From: Enterobacteria phage GiZh
DNA: 64,000 nt
Strand: one strand, 5' to 3'
Sequence record: NC_054903.1
The notes below the pieces were generated by a model, which was not told the origin of the DNA, searched no databases, and saw only the letters and a list, made by a program, of their open reading frames with translations. Shown here piece by piece: positions 20,002 to 28,761 of the stretch (position 1 is its first letter; each line of letters opens with the position of its first letter). Made by a program: the position numbers and the translations under genes.

Positions 20002-21806
20002 TCTTTACGAAGGTCAGCATTATCTCCCATGAGCATTTCAAAAAGCTCTTTCCAATTCTCAGGAAGTTTAACAACATCATATACTGGATTTTGAATCATC
20101 TCACGATATTCAGATTTTTCCAAAGAGCCAAGTCCCTTAATATAACGGATGCTATGTTTAGGTAGAGCATCTTTGGCACTCTCATATTCAGCGACTGTAT
20201 AAAACCATTCTTGTTTTTTACCGACCTGAGCGATGATTACAGGAGTTTTGACAAAGCGAATTCGTCCTTGCTCAAACAATTCTGGCCAATTACTAAAAAA
20301 TCCGAGCAGAGAAGGATAAATGCTTCCTAGACCATCATGGTCAGCATCAGTCATAATAGCAATATTGCGATAATTCAAGTTTTCAGCTTTTTCACCAAGA
20401 ACTAGACCAGTGATTGCGCAAATATCAAATAGTTCTTTGTTTTTAAGCATATCGGCATATGACATACCCCAGCTATTAAGAACTTTACCGCGCAATGGAT
20501 AACCACCATGAAGTTCTTTATCGCGAACATCAATAAGATATCCGATAGCTGAATCACCCTCAGTCAAGAACAATGTAGTGTCAGCATCTTTACCGCAAAG
20601 ATTCGCTTTAATATGTTTATGAACCTTAGCTTTAGAAGCCTTTTTAGCTGCTTTAGTTTCTGCTGCTTTTTCTGCCGCCAATTTACGAGCCAAAGCAGCT
20701 TCAATAATCGGCATCAGAATTGCTTCATTATTTAGAATAGCGCGTGAAATCTTTTTAGCGTCAAGTTGAATATGACTACGAATTTCGCCAAATGGAGAAG
20801 TCAAACGCTCTTTAGTTTGAGAATCAAATCGCATGTTTTTCATATCACGAACAAACATAACGATAGTCAAACATTCTTTAACGCGTGCTTTAGTTACATC
20901 AATTTTGAACTTACGTTTGATTTGTGGAATAAGGTCTTCACAAATATCATCCATAACACAGTCAATGTGATGGCCACCATTCTTAGTATGAATGTTATTG
21001 ACGTATGTTAATTGACGAAAACCATCCGGTGAACGACCAACCGCAATAGAACAATTTTCTTGTTCTTGAACGATAGCATGTTCATCATATTGGCGTGCGT
21101 ATTTCTTAAAATTACCCTGAACCTTTTTACCATTAAAGGTAAATTGAATATCAGGATAAACAACAGCAAGTGTTTGGAGACGATCTAGTGTAATGTCAAG
21201 ATAAACTTGGGACAGCTCATTAGTTTCAAATGACATAAAATCAGGAATGAAAGTAACACGGGTTCCTTTCCATTTTCCAGGAATATCTTCCCATGATTTA
21301 TTTTCCATGCCGTTTGAACAACGAACTACAATATTATTTTGACCATCACCAGTTTCACCGACAAACATCACAGAAAAAATGTTTGTCAAACTAGAACCAA
21401 CACCATTCATACCACCGGTGACGCGTTCTTTATCATCACCGAAGTTACCACCTGCTTTTGGAATAGTCCACGCAGCAACAGGACCAGGAATTTCTTCACC
21501 GGTAGGTGTTTTAACCATCGCCTGTGGAATACCACGACCGTTATCTTCAACTGTTACTTGATTATTTTTAATAGTAACATTAATTTTATTCGCGAATTTA
21601 AACTTAGTACGAATACCTTCATCTACTGAGTTATCGATAATTTCATCAATAAGCTTAACAAGACCAGGTACATACTGAACACTTTCCCATTTACCAAACA
21701 GAAAGCGCTCATGCATTTCATTAGCTGAAGAGCCAATGTACATGCCGCTACGCTTTTTGATATGTTCAATATCGCTCAGAATTTTAATTTCATTCTTAAT
21801 CATCAC
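19986..21806 (-). CDS. 39: DNA topoisomerase II large (ATPase, GyrB-like) subunit, uninterrupted 39/60 form
   Basis: 606 aa single ORF; GHKL ATPase and TOPRIM-like motifs; T4 splits this into 39 + 60 with a translational bypass. Confidence 0.9.
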   Translation of the reverse strand: MMIKNEIKILSDIEHIKKRSGMYIGSSANEMHERFLFGKWESVQYVPGLVKLIDEIIDNSVDEGIRTKFKFANKINVTIKNNQVTVEDNGRGIPQAMVKTPTGEEIPGPVAAWTIPKAGGNFGDDKERVTGGMNGVGSSLTNIFSVMFVGETGDGQNNIVVRCSNGMENKSWEDIPGKWKGTRVTFIPDFMSFETNELSQVYLDITLDRLQTLAVVYPDIQFTFNGKKVQGNFKKYARQYDEHAIVQEQENCSIAVGRSPDGFRQLTYVNNIHTKNGGHHIDCVMDDICEDLIPQIKRKFKIDVTKARVKECLTIVMFVRDMKNMRFDSQTKERLTSPFGEIRSHIQLDAKKISRAILNNEAILMPIIEAALARKLAAEKAAETKAAKKASKAKVHKHIKANLCGKDADTTLFLTEGDSAIGYLIDVRDKELHGGYPLRGKVLNSWGMSYADMLKNKELFDICAITGLVLGEKAENLNYRNIAIMTDADHDGLGSIYPSLLGFFSNWPELFEQGRIRFVKTPVIIAQVGKKQEWFYTVAEYESAKDALPKHSIRYIKGLGSLEKSEYREMIQNPVYDVVKLPENWKELFEMLMGDNADLRKEWMSQ

Positions 21807-21830
21807 TTATCCTCGTTTGGTTTCGGGAAT

Positions 21831-21858
21831 ATTATACTCCGGTAATCATAAAGCTAAA
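21831..21858 (-). promoter_or_regulatory. putative MotA-dependent middle promoter (AGCTTTA box, 12-nt spacer, TATAAT) upstream of gene 39
   Basis: - strand reads ttAGCTTTA-N12-TATAAT; same arrangement recurs at 54435..54459. Confidence 0.4.
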
Positions 21859-21872
21859 GGCCCGAAGGCCTT

Positions 21873-22142
21873 TTATTTAAAACGAATAGTTGAATCCTTA
21901 AAGAACAGCCCAGAACATACTGTTCCTTCTACTTTCTGCCCGGTAGGTCCAATAGCACGAAATCCAGTATGTTGGAAATCATTTTCAGAACAACCGAACC
22001 AGTTATATCCAGTGATTTCAATATTAGTAAAACCGCTTGAAGATAAAACTTTGGTTGCATTATCAGCATCAGTACATCCTACTAAAGACACTGTTAATAC
22101 TAATGCTGCAATAGAACGATTAATATATTTCATAATTTTCAC
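21873..22142 (-). CDS. small lipoprotein (89 aa)
   Basis: signal peptide ending in lipobox LVGC. Confidence 0.6.
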   Translation of the reverse strand: MKIMKYINRSIAALVLTVSLVGCTDADNATKVLSSSGFTNIEITGYNWFGCSENDFQHTGFRAIGPTGQKVEGTVCSGLFFKDSTIRFK

Positions 22143-22510
22143 TTAAATTTAATGGCTTGAAGAAGACTAATAATTCTCAAGCGACTTCTTTCATCTTTAA
22201 CTGTAAAAGAAAGAGGGTCACCAGATTTCATAGTAATAGTACATTCAAAATCAAAATCTTCGGAAACTTCTTTGAAGAAGTCAAATTCTTCATCATAAAT
22301 TAGAACATTACTCTGACAACTATGAAGAATTTTTCCATCATTTCCAGATGCTGTACTAATCATTGTAACATTATGACCTTTCATATCTTCAATGATAAAT
22401 TCACTAGTCAATATTACAGCATTAATAGAACTATTCCTATTACTAGCAGAAAGTAGATATTTCTGTTCTTCACCTTCACGAATGCAATATTTCTTACCGA
22501 TTTTAAACAT
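22139..22510 (-). CDS. hypothetical protein (123 aa)
   Basis: ORF, ATGA coupling. Confidence 0.55.
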   Translation of the reverse strand: MFKIGKKYCIREGEEQKYLLSASNRNSSINAVILTSEFIIEDMKGHNVTMISTASGNDGKILHSCQSNVLIYDEEFDFFKEVSEDFDFECTITMKSGDPLSFTVKDERSRLRIISLLQAIKFK

Positions 22511-22512
22511 AA

Positions 22513-22689
22513 TTATCCTTTAAGTAAGTCGTAAAATCCGCCATTCACATGCTTAGGAGCAGAAGGCCGACGAGTAGACAAACGATGACATTTAGGGCAA
22601 ACATCATTTTCTCGTTCAGAAATCTTTTTAATTTTTTCATATTCATGCCCGCAATCTTCGGATTGGCATTTATAATCATACATTGGCAT
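22513..22689 (-). CDS. small zinc-ribbon protein (58 aa; CxxC...CxxC)
   Basis: MPMYDYKCQSEDCGHEY...CPKCH; below ORF-track cut-off. Confidence 0.45.
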   Translation of the reverse strand: MPMYDYKCQSEDCGHEYEKIKKISERENDVCPKCHRLSTRRPSAPKHVNGGFYDLLKG

Positions 22690-22691
22690 AA

Positions 22692-23117
22692 TTATTCCTT
22701 AAAGTGTGCTTTCAGCATTTGATACAAGGACCATGCCTGTTCATTATTTTCAATAGTAACTTTCATGACAGGAAATTCTGTGAAATCTTCTATTTGTTCT
22801 TGCTCTTTCTCTTCCTGCTCTTGCTCTTCAGCTGCCTGATATGGATTTTCCACTTCATCAAAGAACTCGGCTTCGTTAGTAGAGAGCCAGATAAAGTTTT
22901 CGTCAAGGATATCACCATGTGTTGCATATCCAATTGTGCCAGTAAATGACATAATTTTAGTAGGACGACCAAGATGGTCAACATCTAAAATTTTAAAAGG
23001 ATGCATACCTAAACGGCGTGCATAGATTCCGTTATCAGTATGATCTTTAATAAAATTTTCTTGAGCTTGTTTATTTTTAAATTGATACCATTTATTAACT
23101 TCAAATCTAATAGCCAT
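22692..23117 (-). CDS. goF: hypothetical acidic protein (141 aa), goF-like by position and size
   Basis: 141 aa ORF adjacent to cef; acidic [11 protein letters not shown] stretch. Confidence 0.4.
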   Translation of the reverse strand: MAIRFEVNKWYQFKNKQAQENFIKDHTDNGIYARRLGMHPFKILDVDHLGRPTKIMSFTGTIGYATHGDILDENFIWLSTNEAEFFDEVENPYQAAEEQEQEEKEQEQIEDFTEFPVMKVTIENNEQAWSLYQMLKAHFKE

Positions 23118-23332
23118 TAATAAATTTCCTTCCAGTAAGTTGTGCCATCTTCAGTAATTTCACGAAATACACCGTAAATTGGTTGTTTATCACCAACCTT
23201 TTCATACACATAAACCGAAGTCAAGTGAGTAAACTTAACGGTATGTTCCTTTTGAACCACTACCAAATCTGGATCAAATAATACATCTTCAAATTCGTCA
23301 TTAGTGCAATTCTGAACAATTTTACGTTTCAT
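23117..23332 (-). CDS. cef: Cef-like protein (tRNA processing modifier)
   Basis: 71 aa, same length as T4 Cef; position. Confidence 0.55.
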   Translation of the reverse strand: MKRKIVQNCTNDEFEDVLFDPDLVVVQKEHTVKFTHLTSVYVYEKVGDKQPIYGVFREITEDGTTYWKEIY

Positions 23333-23345
23333 TACAATTTCCTCA

Positions 23346-23615
23346 TTAATTAAACATTGGAGCGATACGTTTCAGAAGAGTAGCAGCACCTTTAGCGAAT
23401 TTTACATCATGAAAAACAGTTTCTTCTTCTGTAACAACTCGAACTTTAATATTTTCACAATCCCAATTTTTACGAACAATCTTCAAAAGCTGCAGTAAAT
23501 CTTTACATTCAGCAATATCGATAACACATCCACGAGAATCTTCCATTATCGCACGATAACCGTAAGCCATACCATAATCATTAAAAGATTGCTCGATGAT
23601 AATTAAGTTTTCCAT
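23346..23615 (-). CDS. hypothetical protein (89 aa)
   Basis: start chosen at ATG with GGAGAA RBS downstream of promoter cassette. Confidence 0.5.
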   Translation of the reverse strand: MENLIIIEQSFNDYGMAYGYRAIMEDSRGCVIDIAECKDLLQLLKIVRKNWDCENIKVRVVTEEETVFHDVKFAKGAATLLKRIAPMFN

Positions 23616-23633
23616 TTTATTCTCCAAGTTTTT

Positions 23634-23700
23634 CTGTATCAGTAGTTGATATTGATATAGTACCATAATCAACTACTGATGTATATAGTTTTATGAAAAA
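23634..23700 (-). promoter_or_regulatory. early promoter cassette variant with A/T-run UP element
   Basis: shares the conserved leader CAACTATCAACTACTGATACAG. Confidence 0.45.
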
Positions 23701-23725
23701 AAAAAAATTTAAACTTTATGCAAAT

Positions 23726-24145
23726 TTATGCTAAAGCTGCTTCGCACCATTTTTTAATTTGGAATTCAGGAACTACCATGAACTGGCCTGCAAAAACAAT
23801 ATTGTAGAGCTTGACACCATCTTCTACCCAACGGTCCGAAATAAAACCAGCGACTTGATTCGTTGTCCATGGAGTTCCATCTGTTGCCGCCGCAATTGTG
23901 AATTTATGGTCTTTTACAACTAAAACTGAAGAACAAAGTTTCCATTTAAATGCGCGTTCTTCTGGCTCAATGAACTGACTTGAGACATAACCAATGTTAC
24001 CATCAGCGTCACGAACTTTAACCTCGTTACGACCAAAAACTGGATCACTTACAGAAAGAACTTCAACCAGCTTTCCTGCAACTTTAGAACGAGAAGCAAC
24101 GGATACATATACGTAATCACCAGTAGAGAGATTTACAATATTCAT
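23726..24145 (-). CDS. paralog-family protein A (139 aa; C-terminal DRWVEDGVKLYNIVF motif)
   Basis: shares N- and C-terminal similarity with the next ORF. Confidence 0.6.
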   Translation of the reverse strand: MNIVNLSTGDYVYVSVASRSKVAGKLVEVLSVSDPVFGRNEVKVRDADGNIGYVSSQFIEPEERAFKWKLCSSVLVVKDHKFTIAAATDGTPWTTNQVAGFISDRWVEDGVKLYNIVFAGQFMVVPEFQIKKWCEAALA

Positions 24146-24154
24146 AATAATTCC

Positions 24155-24628
24155 TTAAGCTTTACGAGGAGAAGCATAACGAGTGATTTCAGATTCTTCA
24201 ACAACCCGGAAGTCACCTAAGAATACGATATTGTAGAGCTTTTCACCATCTTCAACCCATTGGTCTGTGATGAAGCCACACATCCTATCAGTTTTACTTG
24301 GACCAGCGAAATCATCAATATAATCGAATTCTTCATCAGTTACAAATTCAACGCCTTTACACAACGCCCATTTAAATTGTGTATTAGACTCAGTGGATTC
24401 AACTTCTTCAACAGAAGCAAAATGAGAGCTAACACGAGTTTCCAGAAATTTAGGACTTACGTAAGCGTACTGAGTTTCAGTTTTTCCAGAACTAGGAATG
24501 ATTCGAACTTTAACTTCTTTAACACGACCAGTACCATTAGTACGAAGTCCTACCACTTCAACTAGACGACCTGCAGCTTTAGAACGAGATGCAGACGATA
24601 CACGCTTAATTTCACCGATAGTAATCAT
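24155..24628 (-). CDS. paralog-family protein B (157 aa)
   Basis: start set at ATG 24628 (ORF-track 24673 lacks RBS); SASRSKAAGRLVEV and DQWVEDGEKLYNIVF motifs. Confidence 0.6.
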   Translation of the reverse strand: MITIGEIKRVSSASRSKAAGRLVEVVGLRTNGTGRVKEVKVRIIPSSGKTETQYAYVSPKFLETRVSSHFASVEEVESTESNTQFKWALCKGVEFVTDEEFDYIDDFAGPSKTDRMCGFITDQWVEDGEKLYNIVFLGDFRVVEESEITRYASPRKA

Positions 24629-24700
24629 AATTTTTCTCTCTTTGTTGTTAAGATTTATACTCCGCAGGACCATTATACTCTGGTCCCAAGAGTTTGTAAA

Positions 24701-25138
24701 CTAGCTTACACGAACATTAATCACTGCGCTGCGAGGAACTACAGAGTACTCTCCAGCATGAACTACGTTCAGAAGTTCAACACCATCTTCAATCCACTGA
24801 TCAGTCACCCATCCACCCACAGGATTCGCGAATGGACGACGAATATAAACTGCCTTACACAGCAGATCAGTTGGATCTTCAGGTTTTTCAATTTCTGTCA
24901 ATAGACTAAAATCTTTTTCATAAATAATAAGCGGTGATACCATTCCATAATAGTTTCTAATTTCAATATACATCATACCGATAAGAATTCCGCTATTAAC
25001 ACTAATAACAGTAAAAGGATATCCGCCAGTTAAACCAAGAAGTTCACAAAACTTATTATGAGCTGTATTAGACAGTACCGAAAAATTCTTAATTTCATCA
25101 AATTTTTTCAATTGATAAACAGCATTATTTTTAATCAT
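24701..25138 (-). CDS. paralog-family protein C (145 aa; shares only the C-terminal motif)
   Basis: C-terminal TDQWIEDGVELLNVVHAG. Confidence 0.55.
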   Translation of the reverse strand: MIKNNAVYQLKKFDEIKNFSVLSNTAHNKFCELLGLTGGYPFTVISVNSGILIGMMYIEIRNYYGMVSPLIIYEKDFSLLTEIEKPEDPTDLLCKAVYIRRPFANPVGGWVTDQWIEDGVELLNVVHAGEYSVVPRSAVINVRVS

Positions 25139-25148
25139 AATTTTCTCT

Positions 25149-25652
25149 TTAATCTAAGGTAATAAAGCCTTTTAATTCGGCATGGGATTTACGGAACATT
25201 ACTTGGTGCCCGCCAATGATAACTTGATCATCTGGAACTTCGTATACAGCAAGATAAAATCCTTTAGAAGATAATTCTTCACGCTCTTCTCGTGTGAACC
25301 ATCTCATCATATCATATTCACTAGCAAAAGCAAAATGATAAAGAGCTATAAACCATCCGGGAATATAATGATCTACGCCTACATATTCTTCTTTCTCAAA
25401 GTTAGTATTAATTGCTATATTAGCATTTTTAACTAATAATTTGTCTTCGTGTGGAAGAGGAATTCTTTTATTATCATTACTATGATGCATAAAATTAGGT
25501 CTGTCATAACCTACGTGTAATAACCACTCTTCGCTCCATGAATCTATTATACTCCTGTATGGCGTTATTTGAACACAAAGATCTCGACGTATTGTTATAG
25601 CATCTTCATAATTAAGAATACTAAACGATGATTCAACACGATAAATTTTCAT
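25149..25652 (-). CDS. hypothetical protein (167 aa)
   Basis: start at ATG with GAGGA RBS downstream of promoter cassette. Confidence 0.55.
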   Translation of the reverse strand: MKIYRVESSFSILNYEDAITIRRDLCVQITPYRSIIDSWSEEWLLHVGYDRPNFMHHSNDNKRIPLPHEDKLLVKNANIAINTNFEKEEYVGVDHYIPGWFIALYHFAFASEYDMMRWFTREEREELSSKGFYLAVYEVPDDQVIIGGHQVMFRKSHAELKGFITLD

Positions 25653-25669
25653 TTTATTATCCTCAGTAG

Positions 25670-25725
25670 CTATGGTGTTATAGTACCACAACTAACCGAG
25701 GAAGTAAACAACTTTTTATCGTTTT
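25670..25725 (-). promoter_or_regulatory. early promoter cassette
   Basis: GTTTAC ... GGTACTAT arrangement. Confidence 0.45.
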
Positions 25726-26399
25726 GTTGGAAGAGATAGAGGATCGCAATCTTCCTCTGATGGAGCATCTTCAAGACCCATAGCATATCGCAAAGCATAC
25801 TTCATCATCAGGATGTCTTTCGCACAGTCATGAATAGAATCATGTGCAACGAATCCATCTAAAGTTCCCTTTGGAAGAGGACATGTGGTCATATCACGAA
25901 CAAGCAAAAGTGCTTCAATTCTAGTACGAATATCACGTTGATTCCAGAATTTACATGGTTCTAACTTAAATGTGTCAAGTTCATTCTCGGAAACGCCGTT
26001 AAGACGCTGAATATCGCGAATGAGATCGACTAAAATTGGAAAATCAAACGACATTCCACGGCACCAGCCTTGAGATTTCCAAGGATCGATGTTATGTGCA
26101 TTGATGTAATCATTAAATTTTGCAATACCATCGATAGTGCTTACATCTTCATCTGATGGCGCAATATTTTTTCGAGCTTCAGGAGATTGATTCTTCCACC
26201 ATTCGATAGTGCTTTTAGTAAAAAGACGATGTCCTTTTTGGCTTTTTAAATCAAATTTGATTTTAATGCCACGTGAAACTAATTCATCAAATGTTTCAAC
26301 GACTTCTGGGTTAGGGTCAAAAGCAATTACAGCCAAATCAATAACAGCTGCTTTTTCACCGCTTCCCATTGTTTCAAAATCTATAATAAAATCAAACAT
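25716..26399 (-). CDS. dexA: exonuclease A DexA (DnaQ-like 3'-5' exonuclease)
   Basis: 227 aa, same as T4 DexA; DEDD-type motifs (FDFETMG). Confidence 0.85.
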   Translation of the reverse strand: MFDFIIDFETMGSGEKAAVIDLAVIAFDPNPEVVETFDELVSRGIKIKFDLKSQKGHRLFTKSTIEWWKNQSPEARKNIAPSDEDVSTIDGIAKFNDYINAHNIDPWKSQGWCRGMSFDFPILVDLIRDIQRLNGVSENELDTFKLEPCKFWNQRDIRTRIEALLLVRDMTTCPLPKGTLDGFVAHDSIHDCAKDILMMKYALRYAMGLEDAPSEEDCDPLSLPTKR

Positions 26400-26656
26400 T
26401 AAATTTTCCTCGCTAAATCACGAATTTGACCTACAGTATAGTCTTGAATATAAACTTTATTAATAGGCTCATCAATAAATTTTGCCATAGATTCAATGTC
26501 TTTTTGTATCTCTTCAAGACTGTATACTATCTTTAAAGCTTTTTCGCGAATAGTAACATTATCAGGTCCTGAATTTTCTTGAATGACAGCTTTAACATTT
26601 GCCATAAGAGATTTAAACTGGTACCAACTTAATTCAATCATTAATAATCGCCTCAT
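26399..26656 (-). CDS. small paralog 1 (85 aa)
   Basis: first of three tandem similar ~85-aa ORFs. Confidence 0.5.
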   Translation of the reverse strand: MRRLLMIELSWYQFKSLMANVKAVIQENSGPDNVTIREKALKIVYSLEEIQKDIESMAKFIDEPINKVYIQDYTVGQIRDLARKI

Positions 26657-26894
26657 AAAGATAGCTAATTTCGCCTAAAACGTAATCATTGATTGTAACA
26701 GTTTTCACTTCACCACAAAAGAATTCTAACGCAATTAAATCTCGTTCAATTTCTTCTAATTGAAGCATCAACTTACTAGATTCAATTTTTACAGTTTCAC
26801 GATTTTTACCATGAGCAATTTCATAAATTTCGCTAACTTTATCCTGAAGAAGATAAAACTGGTCTTTAGTTATTTCCACGAATAGCTTCCTCAA
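26634..26894 (-). CDS. small paralog 2 (86 aa)
   Basis: clear similarity to paralog 1 (MRRL/MRKL, LEEIQKDI/LEEIERDL). Confidence 0.5.
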   Translation of the reverse strand: MRKLFVEITKDQFYLLQDKVSEIYEIAHGKNRETVKIESSKLMLQLEEIERDLIALEFFCGEVKTVTINDYVLGEISYLYEAIIND

Positions 26895-27126
26895 ATTTAA
26901 TTAGTAATTTACAGACACTTTCATCTAGTGTAATTACCGTATCTGTATTACTGTGATATGATTGTTTTTCAATTCGTTTAATTGCTAATATAGTATCACT
27001 TATAAGATAAAGCTTATGAAGGAGCTCAGCTCCTGTTACCATAACATCGAGATTATCTTGCTTATTAGTATGCTTCCTTATACCATCTATTAGACGATTT
27101 AAATATTTTGAATTGATGTTAATCAT
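26866..27126 (-). CDS. small paralog 3 (86 aa, divergent)
   Basis: same size and position, weaker similarity. Confidence 0.45.
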   Translation of the reverse strand: MININSKYLNRLIDGIRKHTNKQDNLDVMVTGAELLHKLYLISDTILAIKRIEKQSYHSNTDTVITLDESVCKLLIKFEEAIRGNN

Positions 27127-27132
27127 ATAGCC

Positions 27133-28452
27133 TCACACATAAAACACATCATAACGACCACGTGTTACACCAACATAAAGAAGTTGTTGAGCTAATTCAG
27201 CATCTGCATAATGAATACAAGGCGTATAAATGAAAGCACGGTCTACAGACATACCCTGTGCTTTATGGAATGTTGATGCAGGAAGTGCTTTCACTTTACT
27301 AAACTGTGATTTAGCATCCCAAAAATCACTCCATGGAGCTTTTCCGCCTTTGTTCCAATTTTTATAAGTTTCTGCTGTTTTACCTAAAAATAGGTTAAAC
27401 TTATACAATTCTTCATCAGATGAAATTATTTTAATCTTTTCACGATAATATTCATCATCGCCGTAAGTTTCTACTGTTAAATCCCAATGACGAATTAAGT
27501 ATTCTCCTGGAACACCACGAGCTTTAACAAACGTTGATGTATACTCTGCTTCTATAATACGAACTAATTGTCCGTTATTAAAAATAATTTCTGACACAGG
27601 CTTTCCATCAATTTTATATGTTTTAATTAATGGTTCCTGCATTACAATAATTTCACCGACAATAAAATCTTTATCAGTTTCAAAAATCTTTTTACGAATA
27701 ATGCTATTTAACTTGTCAACAGATTTATTCGTAAATGCCATTACGCGATTTTCAAACAAATCATCTAGTGATTTGACGATTGAAAAATAATTTACCATAA
27801 AATCGCGTAAAGCGGTATCACCAGTAAATCCACGTACTCCATGCCCGTCAACAACTTTATCATAAATCCACTTACCGTTGCGAACATCAGTAGCTACATC
27901 AATAATAGGAGCATTACTGCGTTTAACTTCAGTGAGTTCACACTGATAAAAATCTTTATGTGTAAAGAATGGACTGATATAAGCAGTGTTTTCTCCTGGG
28001 TCAACAGGTCTAATTTGCTTATTATCACCTATTCCAATTATAGTACACCACGGCGGGATAGTTGAAAGCAGAATTTTAAATAGCTTTCTATCATACATTG
28101 ACACTTCATCGCAGATTAATACTCTGCATTTAGCTAAATCTGGTACTTCCTTCTGCTCAAAGAGGACATTTTCTTCATATGTTACCGGGTTAATTTTGAG
28201 AATACTGTGAATAGTACTCGCTTCTTTCCCTGATAGTTTTGAAAGAATCTTTTTAGCTGCATGAGTAGGAGCTGCTAAAATAATGCCAGTTTCGCCCGTA
28301 GATATTAAGGCTTCAATGATGAACTTAGTAAGAGTAGTCTTACCAGTACCAGCAGGTCCATTAATAGTTACATGATGTTTCTTTTCTTTAATAGCCCTCA
28401 TAACGATGTTAAAGGCATTTTTCTGGCCTTCTGTCAAATCATCAAATGTCAT
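27133..28452 (-). CDS. dda: Dda DNA helicase (SF1B)
   Basis: 439 aa, same as T4 Dda; Walker A GPAGTGKTT. Confidence 0.9.
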   Translation of the reverse strand: MTFDDLTEGQKNAFNIVMRAIKEKKHHVTINGPAGTGKTTLTKFIIEALISTGETGIILAAPTHAAKKILSKLSGKEASTIHSILKINPVTYEENVLFEQKEVPDLAKCRVLICDEVSMYDRKLFKILLSTIPPWCTIIGIGDNKQIRPVDPGENTAYISPFFTHKDFYQCELTEVKRSNAPIIDVATDVRNGKWIYDKVVDGHGVRGFTGDTALRDFMVNYFSIVKSLDDLFENRVMAFTNKSVDKLNSIIRKKIFETDKDFIVGEIIVMQEPLIKTYKIDGKPVSEIIFNNGQLVRIIEAEYTSTFVKARGVPGEYLIRHWDLTVETYGDDEYYREKIKIISSDEELYKFNLFLGKTAETYKNWNKGGKAPWSDFWDAKSQFSKVKALPASTFHKAQGMSVDRAFIYTPCIHYADAELAQQLLYVGVTRGRYDVFYV

Positions 28453-28760
28453 CGGAAAGTCCCTGCAATTGGAATACTAACAATACGCCCAGTATCTAGA
28501 ATTCGTTGATATAATCTTTGTGTATCTACATCAGGCTTAACATGTTTAACTTCTATTTTATTAAACCAAAACTTACGTGGAGTCTCAACTAATCTTGGAA
28601 TTCCTTTACCTAAAGCTAGTTTATATTGGTCTTTGAGAGTAGTAAAAACTCTATCAGCAATCTCTCTTTCAAAAAACACAGCAGGACGATGTTCATCAAG
28701 TGGAACTGGCGCCGTAAATCCGTCTTTGTCTCGGTAAACTATCGCATATACATAAACCAT
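28449..28760 (-). CDS. hypothetical protein (103 aa)
   Basis: ORF, ATGA coupling with dda. Confidence 0.55.
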   Translation of the reverse strand: MVYVYAIVYRDKDGFTAPVPLDEHRPAVFFEREIADRVFTTLKDQYKLALGKGIPRLVETPRKFWFNKIEVKHVKPDVDTQRLYQRILDTGRIVSIPIAGTFR

Positions 28761-28761
28761 A

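Noticed and set aside
16855-21629. Antisense ORFs inside rIIB, rIIA and gene 39 (e.g. 16855..17058, 17267..17461, 19564..19767, 20766..21011, 21339..21629)
   Set aside because: Embedded opposite-strand ORFs in conserved genes; no translation signals.
21736-22146. 136-aa + strand ORF overlapping the gene 39 start and the lipoprotein gene
   Set aside because: Overlaps two better-supported - strand genes and the promoter region; likely spurious.
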